Part shown: in pieces, positions 1 to 10,421 of the stretch
Numbering within the stretch: the stretch's first letter is position 1
Layout: every line of letters starts with the position of its first letter
DNA from: Pseudomonas aeruginosa
Lineage (GTDB): Bacteria > Pseudomonadota > Gammaproteobacteria > Pseudomonadales > Pseudomonadaceae
Direction of reading: 5' to 3'
Length of the DNA stretch: 32,000 bases
Assembly: GCF_001457615.1 (NCBI RefSeq)
Contig: NZ_LN831024.1
Coordinates: forward strand, 5,310,001-5,342,000
Made by a program: the position numbers and the translations under genes
Notes under the pieces: generated by a model
What the model was told of the DNA's origin: nothing
Databases searched by the model: none
What the model saw: the letters and a program-made list of their open reading frames with translations, nothing else

Positions 1-562
1 TGGCGCCCTGGATCTCGAAATCGCTGAACGCCCATACCGTGCCCGCCACCAGCGCCGCGGCGGCCGGACTGGCCAGGCCGATGAAATAGCGCTTATCGGC
101 CTTGCCGACCTGGGTGTTGAAACGAGCCAGACGCAGGGCTGCGCCCGCAACGTAGATGAAGGCGACCATCCAGCCGACCTTGCCGAGGCTGCCAAGCGCC
201 CATTCGAAGGCGACCAGCGCCGGCGCCACACCGAAGGCGACCATGTCCGACAGCGAGTCGTACTCGGCGCCGAAGGCGCTCTGGGTGTTGGTCAGGCGAG
301 CCACGCGGCCGTCCAGTCCATCGAGGACCATGGCCACGAAGATAGCGATGGCGGCGTTGGCGAACTGGCCGCTCATGCCATTGATGATGGCGTAGAAGCC
401 GGAAAACAGGGCCGCCGTGGTGAACAGGTTGGGCAGCAGGTAGATACCGCGGTGACGAACCTTCCGCCCTTCGGCGTCGTGCCCTTCTTCTATATGTTCG
501 TCGATGGGCAGCAGGCTTTCTTCGTCGGAGGCCTTGTTCGGCTCCTCGGGACGTTCACTCAT
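1..562 (-). CDS. pssA: CDP-diacylglycerol--serine O-phosphatidyltransferase (3' end beyond window)
   Basis: Reverse-strand reading from ATG at 562: MSERPEEPNKASDEESLLPIDEHIEEGHDAEGRKVRHRGIYLLPNLFTTAALFSGFYAIINGMSGQFANAAIAIFVAMVLDGLDGRVARLTNTQSAFGAEYDSLSDMVAFG..., with the CDP-alcohol phosphatidyltransferase motif DGxxGR...FGxxxDSxxD; open to the window edge; next to ilvC. Confidence 0.93.
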   Translation of the reverse strand, partial: MSERPEEPNKASDEESLLPIDEHIEEGHDAEGRKVRHRGIYLLPNLFTTAALFSGFYAIINGMSGQFANAAIAIFVAMVLDGLDGRVARLTNTQSAFGAEYDSLSDMVAFGVAPALVAFEWALGSLGKVGWMVAFIYVAGAALRLARFNTQVGKADKRYFIGLASPAAAALVAGTVWAFSDFEIQGA

Positions 563-667
563 GGACAATTCCTTGGGAACTGATGGGGTACGAATATGCC
601 GACAGCACTTCTGACTAGGAAGACAACTCCGCCGGCCCAGGCTTTATACCAGATCGCCAGGCAAGAA

Positions 668-697
668 CGAAAAAACGCGGCCGGGGCCGCGTTTCTT
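668..697 (-). terminator. Rho-independent terminator downstream of ilvC
   Basis: Inverted repeat AAACGCGGCC(673-682)/GGCCGCGTTT(685-694); on the minus strand the stem is followed by a T6 run (GCGTTTTTTCG). Confidence 0.8.
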
Positions 698-716
698 CGT
701 CTGTCGCCGGAGCCGC

Positions 717-1746
<1,030 letters not shown>

Positions 1747-1776
1747 TCAGTAAGGCCTCGCGGGCCTGCTTTCAGT

Positions 1777-2268
1777 TCAGATGCTCAGAGTCTTGTCGCC
1801 ACGGGCGATGCCGGTGACGCCACTGCGGACCACTTCCAGGATCGACGCGGTGCCGATGGCCTGGATGAAGCTGTCCAGTTTGTCGCTGGTACCCGCCAGT
1901 TGCACGGTATAGACGCTACTGGTGACGTCGACGATCTGCCCACGGAAGATATCGGTGGTGCGCTTGACCTCGGCGCGCTGGGCGCCCGTGGCCTTGACCT
2001 TCACCAGCATCAGCTCGCGCTCGATATGGGCGCTTTCCGACAGATCCACCAGCTTGACCACTTCGATCAGCTTGTTGAGGTTCTTGGTGATCTGCTCGAT
2101 CACCTCATCGTGCCCCACGGTGGTCAGCGTCAGACGCGACAGGGTCGGGTCCTCGGTCGGCGCCACGGTAAGGCTTTCGATGTTGTAGTTGCGTTGGGAG
2201 AACAGGCCGACCACGCGGGACAATGCGCCTGGCTCGTTTTCCAGCAGCAGGGAAATGATGTGTCGCAT
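1777..2268 (-). CDS. ilvH: Acetolactate synthase small (regulatory) subunit
   Basis: 163 aa from MRHIISLLLENEPGALSRVVGLFSQRNYNIESLTVAPTEDPTLSRLT..., a classical IlvH ACT domain. The track ORF 1777..2298 begins 10 codons too early. Confidence 0.96.
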   Translation of the reverse strand: MRHIISLLLENEPGALSRVVGLFSQRNYNIESLTVAPTEDPTLSRLTLTTVGHDEVIEQITKNLNKLIEVVKLVDLSESAHIERELMLVKVKATGAQRAEVKRTTDIFRGQIVDVTSSVYTVQLAGTSDKLDSFIQAIGTASILEVVRSGVTGIARGDKTLSI

Positions 2269-2270
2269 GA

Positions 2271-3995
2271 TCAGGTACGCTCCGTCTTGCTCAGCCACAT
2301 GTCGCGCATCGCGCCGTCACGGATCTGCATCGGATAGACGTGTTCGCTGGCGTCCACCTGGATGTCGAGGAAGACCAGGCGATTCTTCATGGCGAACGCC
2401 TCCTCCATCTTCGGCTTCAGATCCTTCAGGTCGGTGATGCGCATGCCGACATGCCCGTAGGCTTCGGCAAGCTTGACGAAGTCCGGCAGGGATTCCATGT
2501 AGGAATGCGAATAACGGCTGTTGTACTGCATGTCCTGCCACTGGCGGACCATGCCCAGGGCACCATTGTTCAGGTTGACGATCTTCACCGGCAGGTCGTA
2601 CTGCAGGCAGGTAGACAGTTCCTGGATATTCATCTGGATACTGCCCTCGCCGGTCACGCAGGCGACATCGTCGTCCGGGAAGTTGAGCTTGATGCCCATC
2701 GCCGCCGGGAAGCCGAAGCCCATGGTGCCGAGACCGCCGGAGTTGATCCAGCGATTGGGCTTGTTGAACTTGTAGTACTGCGAGGCGAACATCTGGTGCT
2801 GGCCGACATCGGAGGTGATGAAGGCATCGCCATGGGTAACCTCGTAGAGCGTCTCGATGACGGTCTGCGGCTTGATGATGCTGCCGTCGCCCTTGTCGTA
2901 CGGGAACAACCCACGGTTACCACGCCACTCGTCGATCTGCTTCCACCAGGCAGCCTGGGCATCCTGGTTCGGGGTCTCGCCGATTTCCCTGACGATCGCG
3001 ACCATTTCGGTGAGAACGCTGTCCACCGGGCCGACGATCGGGATGTCGGCCTTGATGGTCTTGGAAATCGACGCCGGATCGATGTCGATGTGGATGATCT
3101 TGGCGTTCGGGCAGAACTTCGCCGCACCGTTGATGACCCGGTCGTCGAAACGCGCGCCGACCGCGAGGATCACGTCGCTGTGATGCATCGCCAGGTTGGC
3201 GGTGAAGCTGCCATGCATCCCGAGCATGCCGAGGAACTGGCGGTCCGCGCCGGGATACCCGCCGAGGCCCATCAGGGTGTTGGTCACCGGCAGGTTGAGC
3301 ATCTGCGCCAGCTCGGTCAGCGGCGCCGCGGCATTGCCCATGATCACGCCGCCGCCGGAATAGACCACCGGGCGCTTGGCGGCCAGGAGCATCTCGGCGG
3401 CCTTGCGGATCTGTCCCGAGTGACCGCGAACGGCCGGGCTGTACGAACGCAACTTGACCTTCTTCGGATAGGAATATTCGAACTTCTGCGTCGGGTCGCC
3501 CATGTCCTTCGGAATATCCACGACCACCGGCCCCGGACGACCGGACTGCGCCAGGTAGAAGGCCTTCTTGATCACCTCGGGAATTTCCGAGGGATGCTTG
3601 ATGATGAAGCTGTGCTTCACGATCGGCCGGGAGATCCCGACCATGTCGGTTTCCTGGAACGCATCGGTACCGACCATGTTGCTCGGCACCTGGCCCGACA
3701 GGATCACCATCGGGATGGAGTCCATGTATGCGGTGGCGATACCGGTGATGGCGTTGGTCGCGCCCGGGCCGGAAGTCACCAGCACGACACCGGGCTTGCC
3801 GGTGGCGCGGGCGTAGCCGTCGGCCATATGGGTAGCCGCCTGTTCGTGGCGCACCAGGATGTGGGTCACGTCGTGCTCCTTGAAGAGCGCGTCGTAGATA
3901 TGCAGGAGGGCACCACCCGGGTACCCGTAGATGTACTTAACGCCTTCGTCGCGCAACGAGCGGACGACCATTTCAGCGCCAGATAAAAGCTCCAC
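2271..3995 (-). CDS. ilvI: Acetolactate synthase large (catalytic) subunit
   Basis: 574 aa, GTG start, [38 protein letters not shown]...; TPP-enzyme motif [14 protein letters not shown]-type ([29 protein letters not shown]); 2 nt upstream of ilvH. Confidence 0.96.
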   Translation of the reverse strand: MELLSGAEMVVRSLRDEGVKYIYGYPGGALLHIYDALFKEHDVTHILVRHEQAATHMADGYARATGKPGVVLVTSGPGATNAITGIATAYMDSIPMVILSGQVPSNMVGTDAFQETDMVGISRPIVKHSFIIKHPSEIPEVIKKAFYLAQSGRPGPVVVDIPKDMGDPTQKFEYSYPKKVKLRSYSPAVRGHSGQIRKAAEMLLAAKRPVVYSGGGVIMGNAAAPLTELAQMLNLPVTNTLMGLGGYPGADRQFLGMLGMHGSFTANLAMHHSDVILAVGARFDDRVINGAAKFCPNAKIIHIDIDPASISKTIKADIPIVGPVDSVLTEMVAIVREIGETPNQDAQAAWWKQIDEWRGNRGLFPYDKGDGSIIKPQTVIETLYEVTHGDAFITSDVGQHQMFASQYYKFNKPNRWINSGGLGTMGFGFPAAMGIKLNFPDDDVACVTGEGSIQMNIQELSTCLQYDLPVKIVNLNNGALGMVRQWQDMQYNSRYSHSYMESLPDFVKLAEAYGHVGMRITDLKDLKPKMEEAFAMKNRLVFLDIQVDASEHVYPMQIRDGAMRDMWLSKTERT

Positions 3996-4258
3996 GTTTT
4001 CACCTCTAGAACGCTATACGGCCACCCAGGGGCGGGCGACCGAAATTCGGTTGGCTGCCCGGCAGAGCATGGGTGACGGTAGTCACCGGCTACGTCAACT
4101 GCCGATTGAGCAAACTTGGAAGGGCGCCTGGTGTTACGGAGCTCTTCCACCCAGCGCGAGGTAACGCGAAGCAGGGTGTAACTTTCGGCGCGGGTAGGCA
4201 CCTCATGGTCTGCCGGAGAGGGGACTGGGTTGCAGACGGCCCGCTACAGCGAGCTTGG

Positions 4259-4287
4259 ATTCTTCGCATTCGTCGAACGCAAGTCAA
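4259..4287 (-). promoter_or_regulatory. Candidate ilvI promoter with embedded near-palindrome
   Basis: Minus strand TTGACT (4287-4282), 17 nt spacer, AAGAAT (4264-4259). The spacer contains the near-perfect palindrome GCGTTCGACGAATGC (4280-4266). Confidence 0.35.
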
Positions 4288-4545
4288 GCTTTATTCTGAA
4301 AATTATCAAAAAAAATTCCAAGGAAGCTGCCATACCCTTCCATAAAAAAGCTGATCAATGACCAAAAACAGATTTTATGGCTAGAAAATTCCGATTTAGA
4401 GCAAACTTTTCCAAAATGCCCATGATTCCCGCGAGGACTTGCCACGGCGAGGCCGTCTCCGGCGGCGGTTGTGATGCCGTGCAGCATGCCGCGCTGGCGG
4501 ATTTGGTTATAGTTAGCCGCAGTTAGCGCATTCCAAGGACTCCGC

Positions 4546-4998
4546 ATGCGACGCATGATCCTCCCGGCCAGCTTGTTGCTCGCCCTCTCCTCTTTCGCCA
4601 TGGCCGCCCCGATCTACAAATGGGTCGACGCCGAGGGCGTCACCCACTTCGGCGCACAACCGCCGCAAGGTGCGCAAGCGACCACGGTGAATACCCAGAC
4701 CGCCCCGCCGCCGGACAACTTCCCCCTGCCCCCCTCGACCCCGGCACCGACCATCCAGCAGAAACCGGCCGATCCCGAGCAGAAGGCGATCGACGACAAG
4801 GTGAAGCAGCAAGTGGCGAAGGAAGAGGCCGAGCGCAAGCAGTTCTGCGAAGAGACCCGCAACAACCTCGCGCAACTGAAGAACAACCCGCGCGTAAGGG
4901 TCGACGAAGGCAAGGGCGAACTCCGTCGCCTCGGCGAGGAAGAACGCCAGGAGCGAATCGCCAAGGCCGAAAAGGCGATCCAGGAGAATTGCCGCTGA
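4546..4998 (+). CDS. DUF4124-like secreted/periplasmic protein
   Basis: 150 aa: signal peptide (MRRMILPASLLLALSSFAMA), then APIYKWVDAEGVTHFGAQPPQGAQATTVNTQ, the typical DUF4124 'YKWVDxxGxxHFxxxPP' start. Confidence 0.88.
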   Translation: MRRMILPASLLLALSSFAMAAPIYKWVDAEGVTHFGAQPPQGAQATTVNTQTAPPPDNFPLPPSTPAPTIQQKPADPEQKAIDDKVKQQVAKEEAERKQFCEETRNNLAQLKNNPRVRVDEGKGELRRLGEEERQERIAKAEKAIQENCR

Positions 4999-5058
4999 GG
5001 CGAACACAGCCCCGTCCCGCAGCATGGGGCTGACCCGGCTCTCCGCCTTGCTTGAAGC

Positions 5059-5093
5059 AAAGAAAAACCCGGCCTGTAGCCGGGTTTTTCTTT
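5059..5093. terminator. Bidirectional Rho-independent terminator between convergent genes
   Basis: Perfect 15-bp stem AAAGAAAAACCCGGC(5059-5073)/GCCGGGTTTTTCTTT(5079-5093), 5-nt loop CTGTA, T-rich tail on both strands. Confidence 0.92.
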
Positions 5094-5105
5094 ACTGCCG
5101 AAGCT

Positions 5106-5435
5106 TCATGACGGCCCGCCGATCAGCCGGTCGAACTCGCCAAGCGCCGCCAGCAGACCGGCGACTTCCTCGCCACGCTGCGCATAGGCCACCTCGGCCA
5201 TGGCCAGGATACCCGAGGCCTGCGGCAAGGCGCTGTCGCTTTCGAGAATCAGCTTCATCCGCGGCAGGAAGATCCATTGCAGCCATTGCTCGAGCGCCAG
5301 CGTATCCACGCAGAACGGCTCGGGGCTGGCCAGCGCTTCCGGGGCGGGGCGGCTTTCGCTCCACCAGCCGAGGGCACGCAACTCACGCTCGATCAGCAAC
5401 AACTGGTCGGCCAGCGCATAGACCCGTCGATCCAT
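5106..5435 (-). CDS. YqcC-family conserved protein
   Basis: 109 aa MDRRVYALADQLLLIERELRALGWWSESRPAPEALASPEPFCVDTLALEQWLQWIFLPRMKLILES..., typical YqcC (DUF446) pattern; abuts lpoP. Confidence 0.8.
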   Translation of the reverse strand: MDRRVYALADQLLLIERELRALGWWSESRPAPEALASPEPFCVDTLALEQWLQWIFLPRMKLILESDSALPQASGILAMAEVAYAQRGEEVAGLLAALGEFDRLIGGPS

Positions 5436-6214
5436 CAGGAGCTGACCTTTGCCTTCTGCCGGGCCAGCGCAGCGCCGGCGGAGTCTCCCTGCTTCTCCCG
5501 CGCCTGGGCGATCAGTTCCCAGAGCCCGGCCTGCAAGGCCGGCCGGCCATTGGCGTAGCTCAAGCCACGGCGCGCGACCTGCTCGGCCTGGGCCGCATCG
5601 CCCTGGGCCAGGCGCACCTGGGCCAGGCGATAGAGCACCTGCGGCTCGCGCGGAGCGATGCGCTGGGCTCGCTCGAGGCTGGCGGCGGCGCTGTTCAGGT
5701 CGCCGCTGCCCTGCTGTTGCTGGGCGGTTGTGAGCATCGCCAGGACCGGCCCGTCCAACTGCTCGTCGGCCGCCAGGCTGCCGGCCGAGCCGGAGGCCGG
5801 AATGCCGGTGGGCGCGGAACGACTGGCGCCGCTGGGCGGCATGTTGTAGCTGCCACCCAGCGGTGGCGTGGAGGCGCTGCTGGGCGGAGCCTGGTACTGG
5901 GTGCCGGTGCCGAGCGGAGCGCTGCTGATCGGCGCGGCGCCGGACTGCGCCGGGAAAGTCTGGATCGGTGCGGAATTGGCGCCCTGCGGCACCATCACCA
6001 CCACACCGGAGTCGCCGCCCTGGGGAATGCCCTGGGTGGCGGCGCCTTGCTGGGTACGCGGTACCTGGGTACGGGTGATGCGGAAACCGCCGCTTTCCTG
6101 GTTGGACACCGGAGTACCGGAATCCACCACCGGGATCGCCCCGTGCTGCGGGCTGGCGCAGCCCGCGAGCACGGCACTGCCGGCAAGCGCGGCGAATACG
6201 AAAATCTTCTTCAC
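5435..6214 (-). CDS. lpoP: Outer-membrane lipoprotein with TPR domain, activator of PBP1b
   Basis: 259 aa, lipobox SAVLAGCAS, TPR-like C-terminus (EPQVLYRLAQVRLAQGDAAQAEQVARRGLSYANGRPALQAGLWELIAQAREKQGDSAGA), immediately downstream of mrcB on the same strand. Symbol from recall of P. aeruginosa LpoP. Confidence 0.85.
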   Translation of the reverse strand: MKKIFVFAALAGSAVLAGCASPQHGAIPVVDSGTPVSNQESGGFRITRTQVPRTQQGAATQGIPQGGDSGVVVMVPQGANSAPIQTFPAQSGAAPISSAPLGTGTQYQAPPSSASTPPLGGSYNMPPSGASRSAPTGIPASGSAGSLAADEQLDGPVLAMLTTAQQQQGSGDLNSAAASLERAQRIAPREPQVLYRLAQVRLAQGDAAQAEQVARRGLSYANGRPALQAGLWELIAQAREKQGDSAGAALARQKAKVSS

Positions 6215-6230
6215 GTCAGGTCCTCTCGGA

Positions 6231-8555
6231 TCAATTCAGCCAGCCACGTACCCAGTCCATCACCTCGCCGGCGGGGTTCTGGCTCCCGCAGCCTGGGCCC
6301 TGGGCGGGCTCGCTGCCACGAATATAGGGCATCTGTACGGCATTCGGGCAATCCGCCGCCGAGCCCTGCCCGGTCTGCGCGTCGACCCAGGCCATCACCA
6401 CGTTCTCCGGCATCGGCATTTCCAGCGATTGCGGATGCGCCTTGCGCATGAAGCTGGCCCACACCTGCAAGGCACCGGTGGCGCCGGTAAGCGGCGTCTT
6501 GCCGTTGTCGTCGCGACCGAGCCAGACCACAGCCTGGAGGTCGCCGCCGAAACCGGAGAACCAGCTATCGCGCGAGTCGTTGCTGGTGCCGGTCTTGCCG
6601 GCGAGGGTCAGCGACGACGGCAATTGACTGTACACCGAACGCCCGGTGCCTTCGCGCATGACCCGCTGCATGGCGTTCTGCACCAGGTAGACGGCGCCCG
6701 AGTCGAAGCGCTGTTCGACCTGGAACGGATAGCGCTTGAGCGGCTGGCCGTCGGCAGTGAGGACGCTGCGGATCCCCCGCAACGGCGTGTTGAAGCCGCC
6801 GCTGGCGATGGTCTGGTACATGGTGGCGACCTCCATCGGACTGAGCGAACCGGCGCCCAGCAGCATCGACGGATAGGCCGGCCAGTCACGGTTGATACCC
6901 AGCCGGGCGACGGTCTGCAGCACGTTGGGCACACCGACGTCGAGGCCGAGCTTGGCGGTGGACAGGTTGTAGGAGTTTGCCAGGCCCTGGTACAGGAAGA
7001 TCGTGCCATGCGAGCGCCGGTCGTAGTTCTGCGGTCGCCAGACCTGGCCGTCCTGGCCTTTCACCGCGAAGGGCTCGTCCTGCACCCAGGTGGTCAGGGT
7101 GTACTTGCTCGGCCGCTCGAGAGCGGTCAGGTAGACCGCCGGCTTGATCAGCGAACCGATCGGCCGCACCGCGTCCAGGGCCCGGTTGAAGCCGGCGAAG
7201 CGCGGGTCGCGACTGCCGATCAGGGCCTGGATCTCGCCGGTTTCCGGATTGGTCACGACCATCGCCGCCTCGACCTGGTCGACTCCCTTGCGCCCACTGA
7301 GGCGCTTGAGCGTTTCGTTGACGGAGGTCTCGGCCTTCTCCTGCAGGATCGGATCGAAGCTGGTGAAGATGCGCAGCCCTTCCTCGGTCAGGTCCTCGTC
7401 GCGGTAGTCCTGGCGCAACTGGCGCTTGACCAGGTCGAGGAAGGCCGGATAGGAGCTGTCGGCCATGCTGCCCTGCCGGGTCACGCCGAGCGGGCGCTGC
7501 TTGGCGGCGTCGACTTCCTGCTGGGTCGCCACGCCCTGCTCGGCGAGCACGTCGAGCACCAGGTTGCGCCGCGCCAGCGCACGATCCGGGTAACGCCGCG
7601 GGTTGAAGTAGGACGGTCCCTTGACCATGCCGACCAGCAGCGCCACCTGGTCGAGCTTGAGCTCGGCCAGCGGCTGGCTGAAGAAATACTGGCTGGCCAG
7701 GCCGAAGCCATGGATCGCTCGTTGCCCATCCTGGCCGAGGAACACCTCGTTGAGATAGGACTCGAGGATGTCGCGCTTGTCGTAGTGCAGCTCCAGCAGC
7801 ACCGCCATCATCGCTTCGTTGATCTTGCGGCTCAGGCTGCGTTCGTTGCTCAGGAAGAAGTTCTTCACCAACTGCTGGGTCAGGGTGCTGCCGCCCTGGC
7901 GCAACTGGCCGGCCGTGGTGTTGACCCACACCGCCCGCGCCACGGACTTCAGCGACACACCATGGTGGTTCCAGAAGTCGCGATCCTCGACCGCGACCAG
8001 GGTGTCGATCAGGTAGGTCGGCACCTGGTCGAGCTTGACCAGGATGCGATCCTCATGGTGCGCCGGATACAAGCCGCCGATCAGCAGCGGCTCAAGGCGC
8101 GCCACCGCCAGTTCCTTGCCGTTGGCCTGGCTCAGCCCGCTGACGTAGTTGCCGTTGAAGCGCACGCGCACGCGCTGGGCCGGTTCCGCGCCTTCGTAGA
8201 ACTGGAAGCCACGGGTATTGAGTTCGACCGCGCTGGCCGCCACCGATACGGTTCCAGGGCCGCTCACGCTGGGCTCGCGACGGTAGCCGAGGGCGTCGAG
8301 TTCGCGCAGGAAGTCTTCCCTGCTCAGCTTCAGGCCGTTGAACAGCTCCAGCGGGCGGGCATAGACCTTCGCCGGGATGGTCCAGCGCCGGCCGGAGAAT
8401 TTCTCCTGCACCACCGCATCGAGATAGATGGCGAAGCCGGCGAGGAGCACCAGGCCGACGAGGCCGAGCTTGAGAGCCCAGCTGAGCCATTTGTTCAGGC
8501 CGGGTGCCGGGCGTGCTTTGCTGTTACGGGAACGGGGGGATCGGGGACGCGTCAT
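6231..8555 (-). CDS. mrcB: Penicillin-binding protein 1B (class A, glycosyltransferase/transpeptidase)
   Basis: 774 aa; VAVEDRDFWNHHGVSLKSVARA...RQGGSTLTQQLVKNFFLSNERSLSRKINE (GT51) and transpeptidase motifs SLIKP, SYN, KTGTSND. Confidence 0.96.
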   Translation of the reverse strand: MTRPRSPRSRNSKARPAPGLNKWLSWALKLGLVGLVLLAGFAIYLDAVVQEKFSGRRWTIPAKVYARPLELFNGLKLSREDFLRELDALGYRREPSVSGPGTVSVAASAVELNTRGFQFYEGAEPAQRVRVRFNGNYVSGLSQANGKELAVARLEPLLIGGLYPAHHEDRILVKLDQVPTYLIDTLVAVEDRDFWNHHGVSLKSVARAVWVNTTAGQLRQGGSTLTQQLVKNFFLSNERSLSRKINEAMMAVLLELHYDKRDILESYLNEVFLGQDGQRAIHGFGLASQYFFSQPLAELKLDQVALLVGMVKGPSYFNPRRYPDRALARRNLVLDVLAEQGVATQQEVDAAKQRPLGVTRQGSMADSSYPAFLDLVKRQLRQDYRDEDLTEEGLRIFTSFDPILQEKAETSVNETLKRLSGRKGVDQVEAAMVVTNPETGEIQALIGSRDPRFAGFNRALDAVRPIGSLIKPAVYLTALERPSKYTLTTWVQDEPFAVKGQDGQVWRPQNYDRRSHGTIFLYQGLANSYNLSTAKLGLDVGVPNVLQTVARLGINRDWPAYPSMLLGAGSLSPMEVATMYQTIASGGFNTPLRGIRSVLTADGQPLKRYPFQVEQRFDSGAVYLVQNAMQRVMREGTGRSVYSQLPSSLTLAGKTGTSNDSRDSWFSGFGGDLQAVVWLGRDDNGKTPLTGATGALQVWASFMRKAHPQSLEMPMPENVVMAWVDAQTGQGSAADCPNAVQMPYIRGSEPAQGPGCGSQNPAGEVMDWVRGWLN

Positions 8556-8767
8556 GGCGGCGCATTATACGTACTTTATCCACAGCGGACAGACACCGCA
8601 TCGGCGGCATCCACGGTCTGCGCGGCCCCGGTGGATAGACGCGGCGGCAGCGCGGCGCATTCGACCGGCGATCCGGCAAATGGTTGCTATCCGCCAGCGA
8701 GGTTTGCACTGTCACCCCTTCCCGCCATAATGCGGGTTTTCGCATATTTCAGAGGCAAGGATATCCC

Positions 8768-10330
8768 GTGAGCCAGACCCTGATCGCCGCCCTGCAGAAC
8801 CCGGCCCTCTACCCCCACCCGGTGGAGCGCTTCGAGGTCATCGAGACGCACATCTCCTGGGTCCTGTTGACCGGTCCCTACGCCTACAAGATCAAGAAGC
8901 CGATGGATTTCGGCTTTCTCGATTTCACCAGCCTGGACAAGCGCCGCTTCTATTGCAACGAAGAGCTGCGCCTGAACCAGCGCCTCACCGACGATCTCTA
9001 CCTGGAGGTCCTGCCGATCACCGGCAGCGAAGAGGCGCCGCGGATCGGCGGCGACGGCGAGGCAATCGAATACCTGCTGAAGATGCGCCAGTTCCCGCAG
9101 GACAACCTGCTGGCGGCAATCCAGGGCCGCGGCGAACTGTCCAACCAGCATATCGACGAACTGGCCGAGCAGATCGCGCACTTCCACCAGAACACTCCGA
9201 AGGTGCCGCTGGAGCACCCGCTGGGCACCGCCGAGTCCTGCATGGCGCCGGTGCGGCAGAATTTCGAGCAGGTTCGCCCGCTGCTCAAGGACAAGGCCGA
9301 CCTGCAACAGCTGGATGCCCTCGAAGCCTGGGCGGAAAGCAGCTTCGAACGCCTGCTGCCGGTGCTCCAGGAGCGCAAGGCGAAGGGCTTCATCCGCGAA
9401 TGCCACGGCGACATCCACCTGGGCAACGCCGCGCTGATCGACGGCAGGGTAGTGCTGTTCGACTGCATCGAATTCAACGAACCGTTCCGCTTCACCGATG
9501 TCTGCGCCGACTTCGCCTTCCTCGCGATGGACCTGGAAGATCGCGGCCTGAAGTGCCACGCTCGACGCTTCGTCAGCCTCTATCTGGAACACACCGGCGA
9601 CTACCAGGCCCTGGAACTGCTGAACTTCTACAAGGCCTACCGCGCCATGGTCCGCGCCAAGGTCGCGCTGTTCAGCCTCGGCTACCAGACCGATGCCGTG
9701 CAGCGCGCCGCGACCCTGCGCCAGTACCGCAACTACGCCAACCTGGCGGAAAGCTACAGCGCCATTCCCTCGCGCTTCCTGGCGGTCACCCATGGTGTCT
9801 CCGCGGTCGGCAAGAGCCAGGTGGCCATGCGTCTGGTGGAGGCTCTGGGCGCCGTGCGCCTGCGCTCGGATATCGAACGCAAGCGTCTGTTCGGCGAGCA
9901 GCCGGAACACGACAGGGGCCAGTTCGCCGCCGGCATCTATAGCAGCCAGGCCAGCGAAGCGACCTATGCGCACCTTCACCAGTTGGCCGCGAAGATCCTC
10001 CAGGCCGGCTATCCGGTGGTGATCGATGCCGCCTACCTGAAGCAGAATCAGCGCCAGGCCGCTTGCCACATCGCGGAAGAAACCGGCGTGCCGTTCCTGA
10101 TCCTCGACTGCCAGGCGCCCGAAGCGGTGATCGCCGGCTGGCTTGCGCAACGCCAGGCGGAAGGCAAGGATCCGTCCGACGCGACTCTCGACGTGATCCG
10201 CACCCAGCAGGCTACCCGCGAGCCGCTGACAGCGGCGGAGACGGTCCAGAGCAAGCGCGTAGACACCCACGACGCGGCCAGCCTCGACGGGCTGGTCGAC
10301 GGCATTCGCCAGCGCCTGCCCGGTCTCTGA
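8768..10330 (+). CDS. Phosphotransferase-like (APH/choline-kinase fold) domain fused to a P-loop kinase domain
   Basis: GTG at 8768 with upstream purine-rich region, MSQTLIAALQNPALYPHPVERFEVIETHISWVLLTGPYAYKIKKPMDF...; FIRECHGDIHLGNAALIDGRVVLFDCIEFN (Brenner-like catalytic loop, DxxxF) and Walker A GVSAVGKSQVA in the C-terminal half. The track start at 8684 adds an unlikely extension. Confidence 0.87.
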   Translation: MSQTLIAALQNPALYPHPVERFEVIETHISWVLLTGPYAYKIKKPMDFGFLDFTSLDKRRFYCNEELRLNQRLTDDLYLEVLPITGSEEAPRIGGDGEAIEYLLKMRQFPQDNLLAAIQGRGELSNQHIDELAEQIAHFHQNTPKVPLEHPLGTAESCMAPVRQNFEQVRPLLKDKADLQQLDALEAWAESSFERLLPVLQERKAKGFIRECHGDIHLGNAALIDGRVVLFDCIEFNEPFRFTDVCADFAFLAMDLEDRGLKCHARRFVSLYLEHTGDYQALELLNFYKAYRAMVRAKVALFSLGYQTDAVQRAATLRQYRNYANLAESYSAIPSRFLAVTHGVSAVGKSQVAMRLVEALGAVRLRSDIERKRLFGEQPEHDRGQFAAGIYSSQASEATYAHLHQLAAKILQAGYPVVIDAAYLKQNQRQAACHIAEETGVPFLILDCQAPEAVIAGWLAQRQAEGKDPSDATLDVIRTQQATREPLTAAETVQSKRVDTHDAASLDGLVDGIRQRLPGL

Positions 10331-10421
10331 ACGAACTGCCATGGCGCCCGCCCCTCCAGGGCGGGCGCCGTGCCGCTGCTCTTCTATACTCACGGCGAGC
10401 CTTCTGCACAGGACGCCGCCC

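Noticed and set aside
2340-3986. 548-aa plus-strand ORF antisense to ilvI
   Set aside because: Shadow of ilvI codon bias; a valine/histidine/aspartate-rich sequence with no recognisable domain.
4090-4287. Minus-strand 65-aa ORF in the ilvI leader considered as an attenuator peptide
   Set aside because: Lacks an Ile/Val/Leu codon cluster, and no terminator with T tract lies between it and ilvI.
4284-4601. 105-aa minus-strand ORF and 90-aa plus-strand ORF 4073..4345 in the ilvI upstream region
   Set aside because: No protein-like pattern, no clear RBS; the region is better explained as promoter/leader. Left unannotated, though a small transcript cannot be excluded.
5868-8771. 967-aa plus-strand ORF antisense to lpoP/mrcB
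   Set aside because: Typical open antisense frame in a high-GC genome (HRLR/GVAE-rich composition, no recognisable domain); mrcB is unambiguous on the other strand.
10343-10369. GGCGCCCGCCC/GGGCGGGCGCC hairpin after the kinase fusion gene
   Set aside because: A strong stem but no T tract; may be a weak or Rho-assisted terminator, not supported enough to list as a feature.
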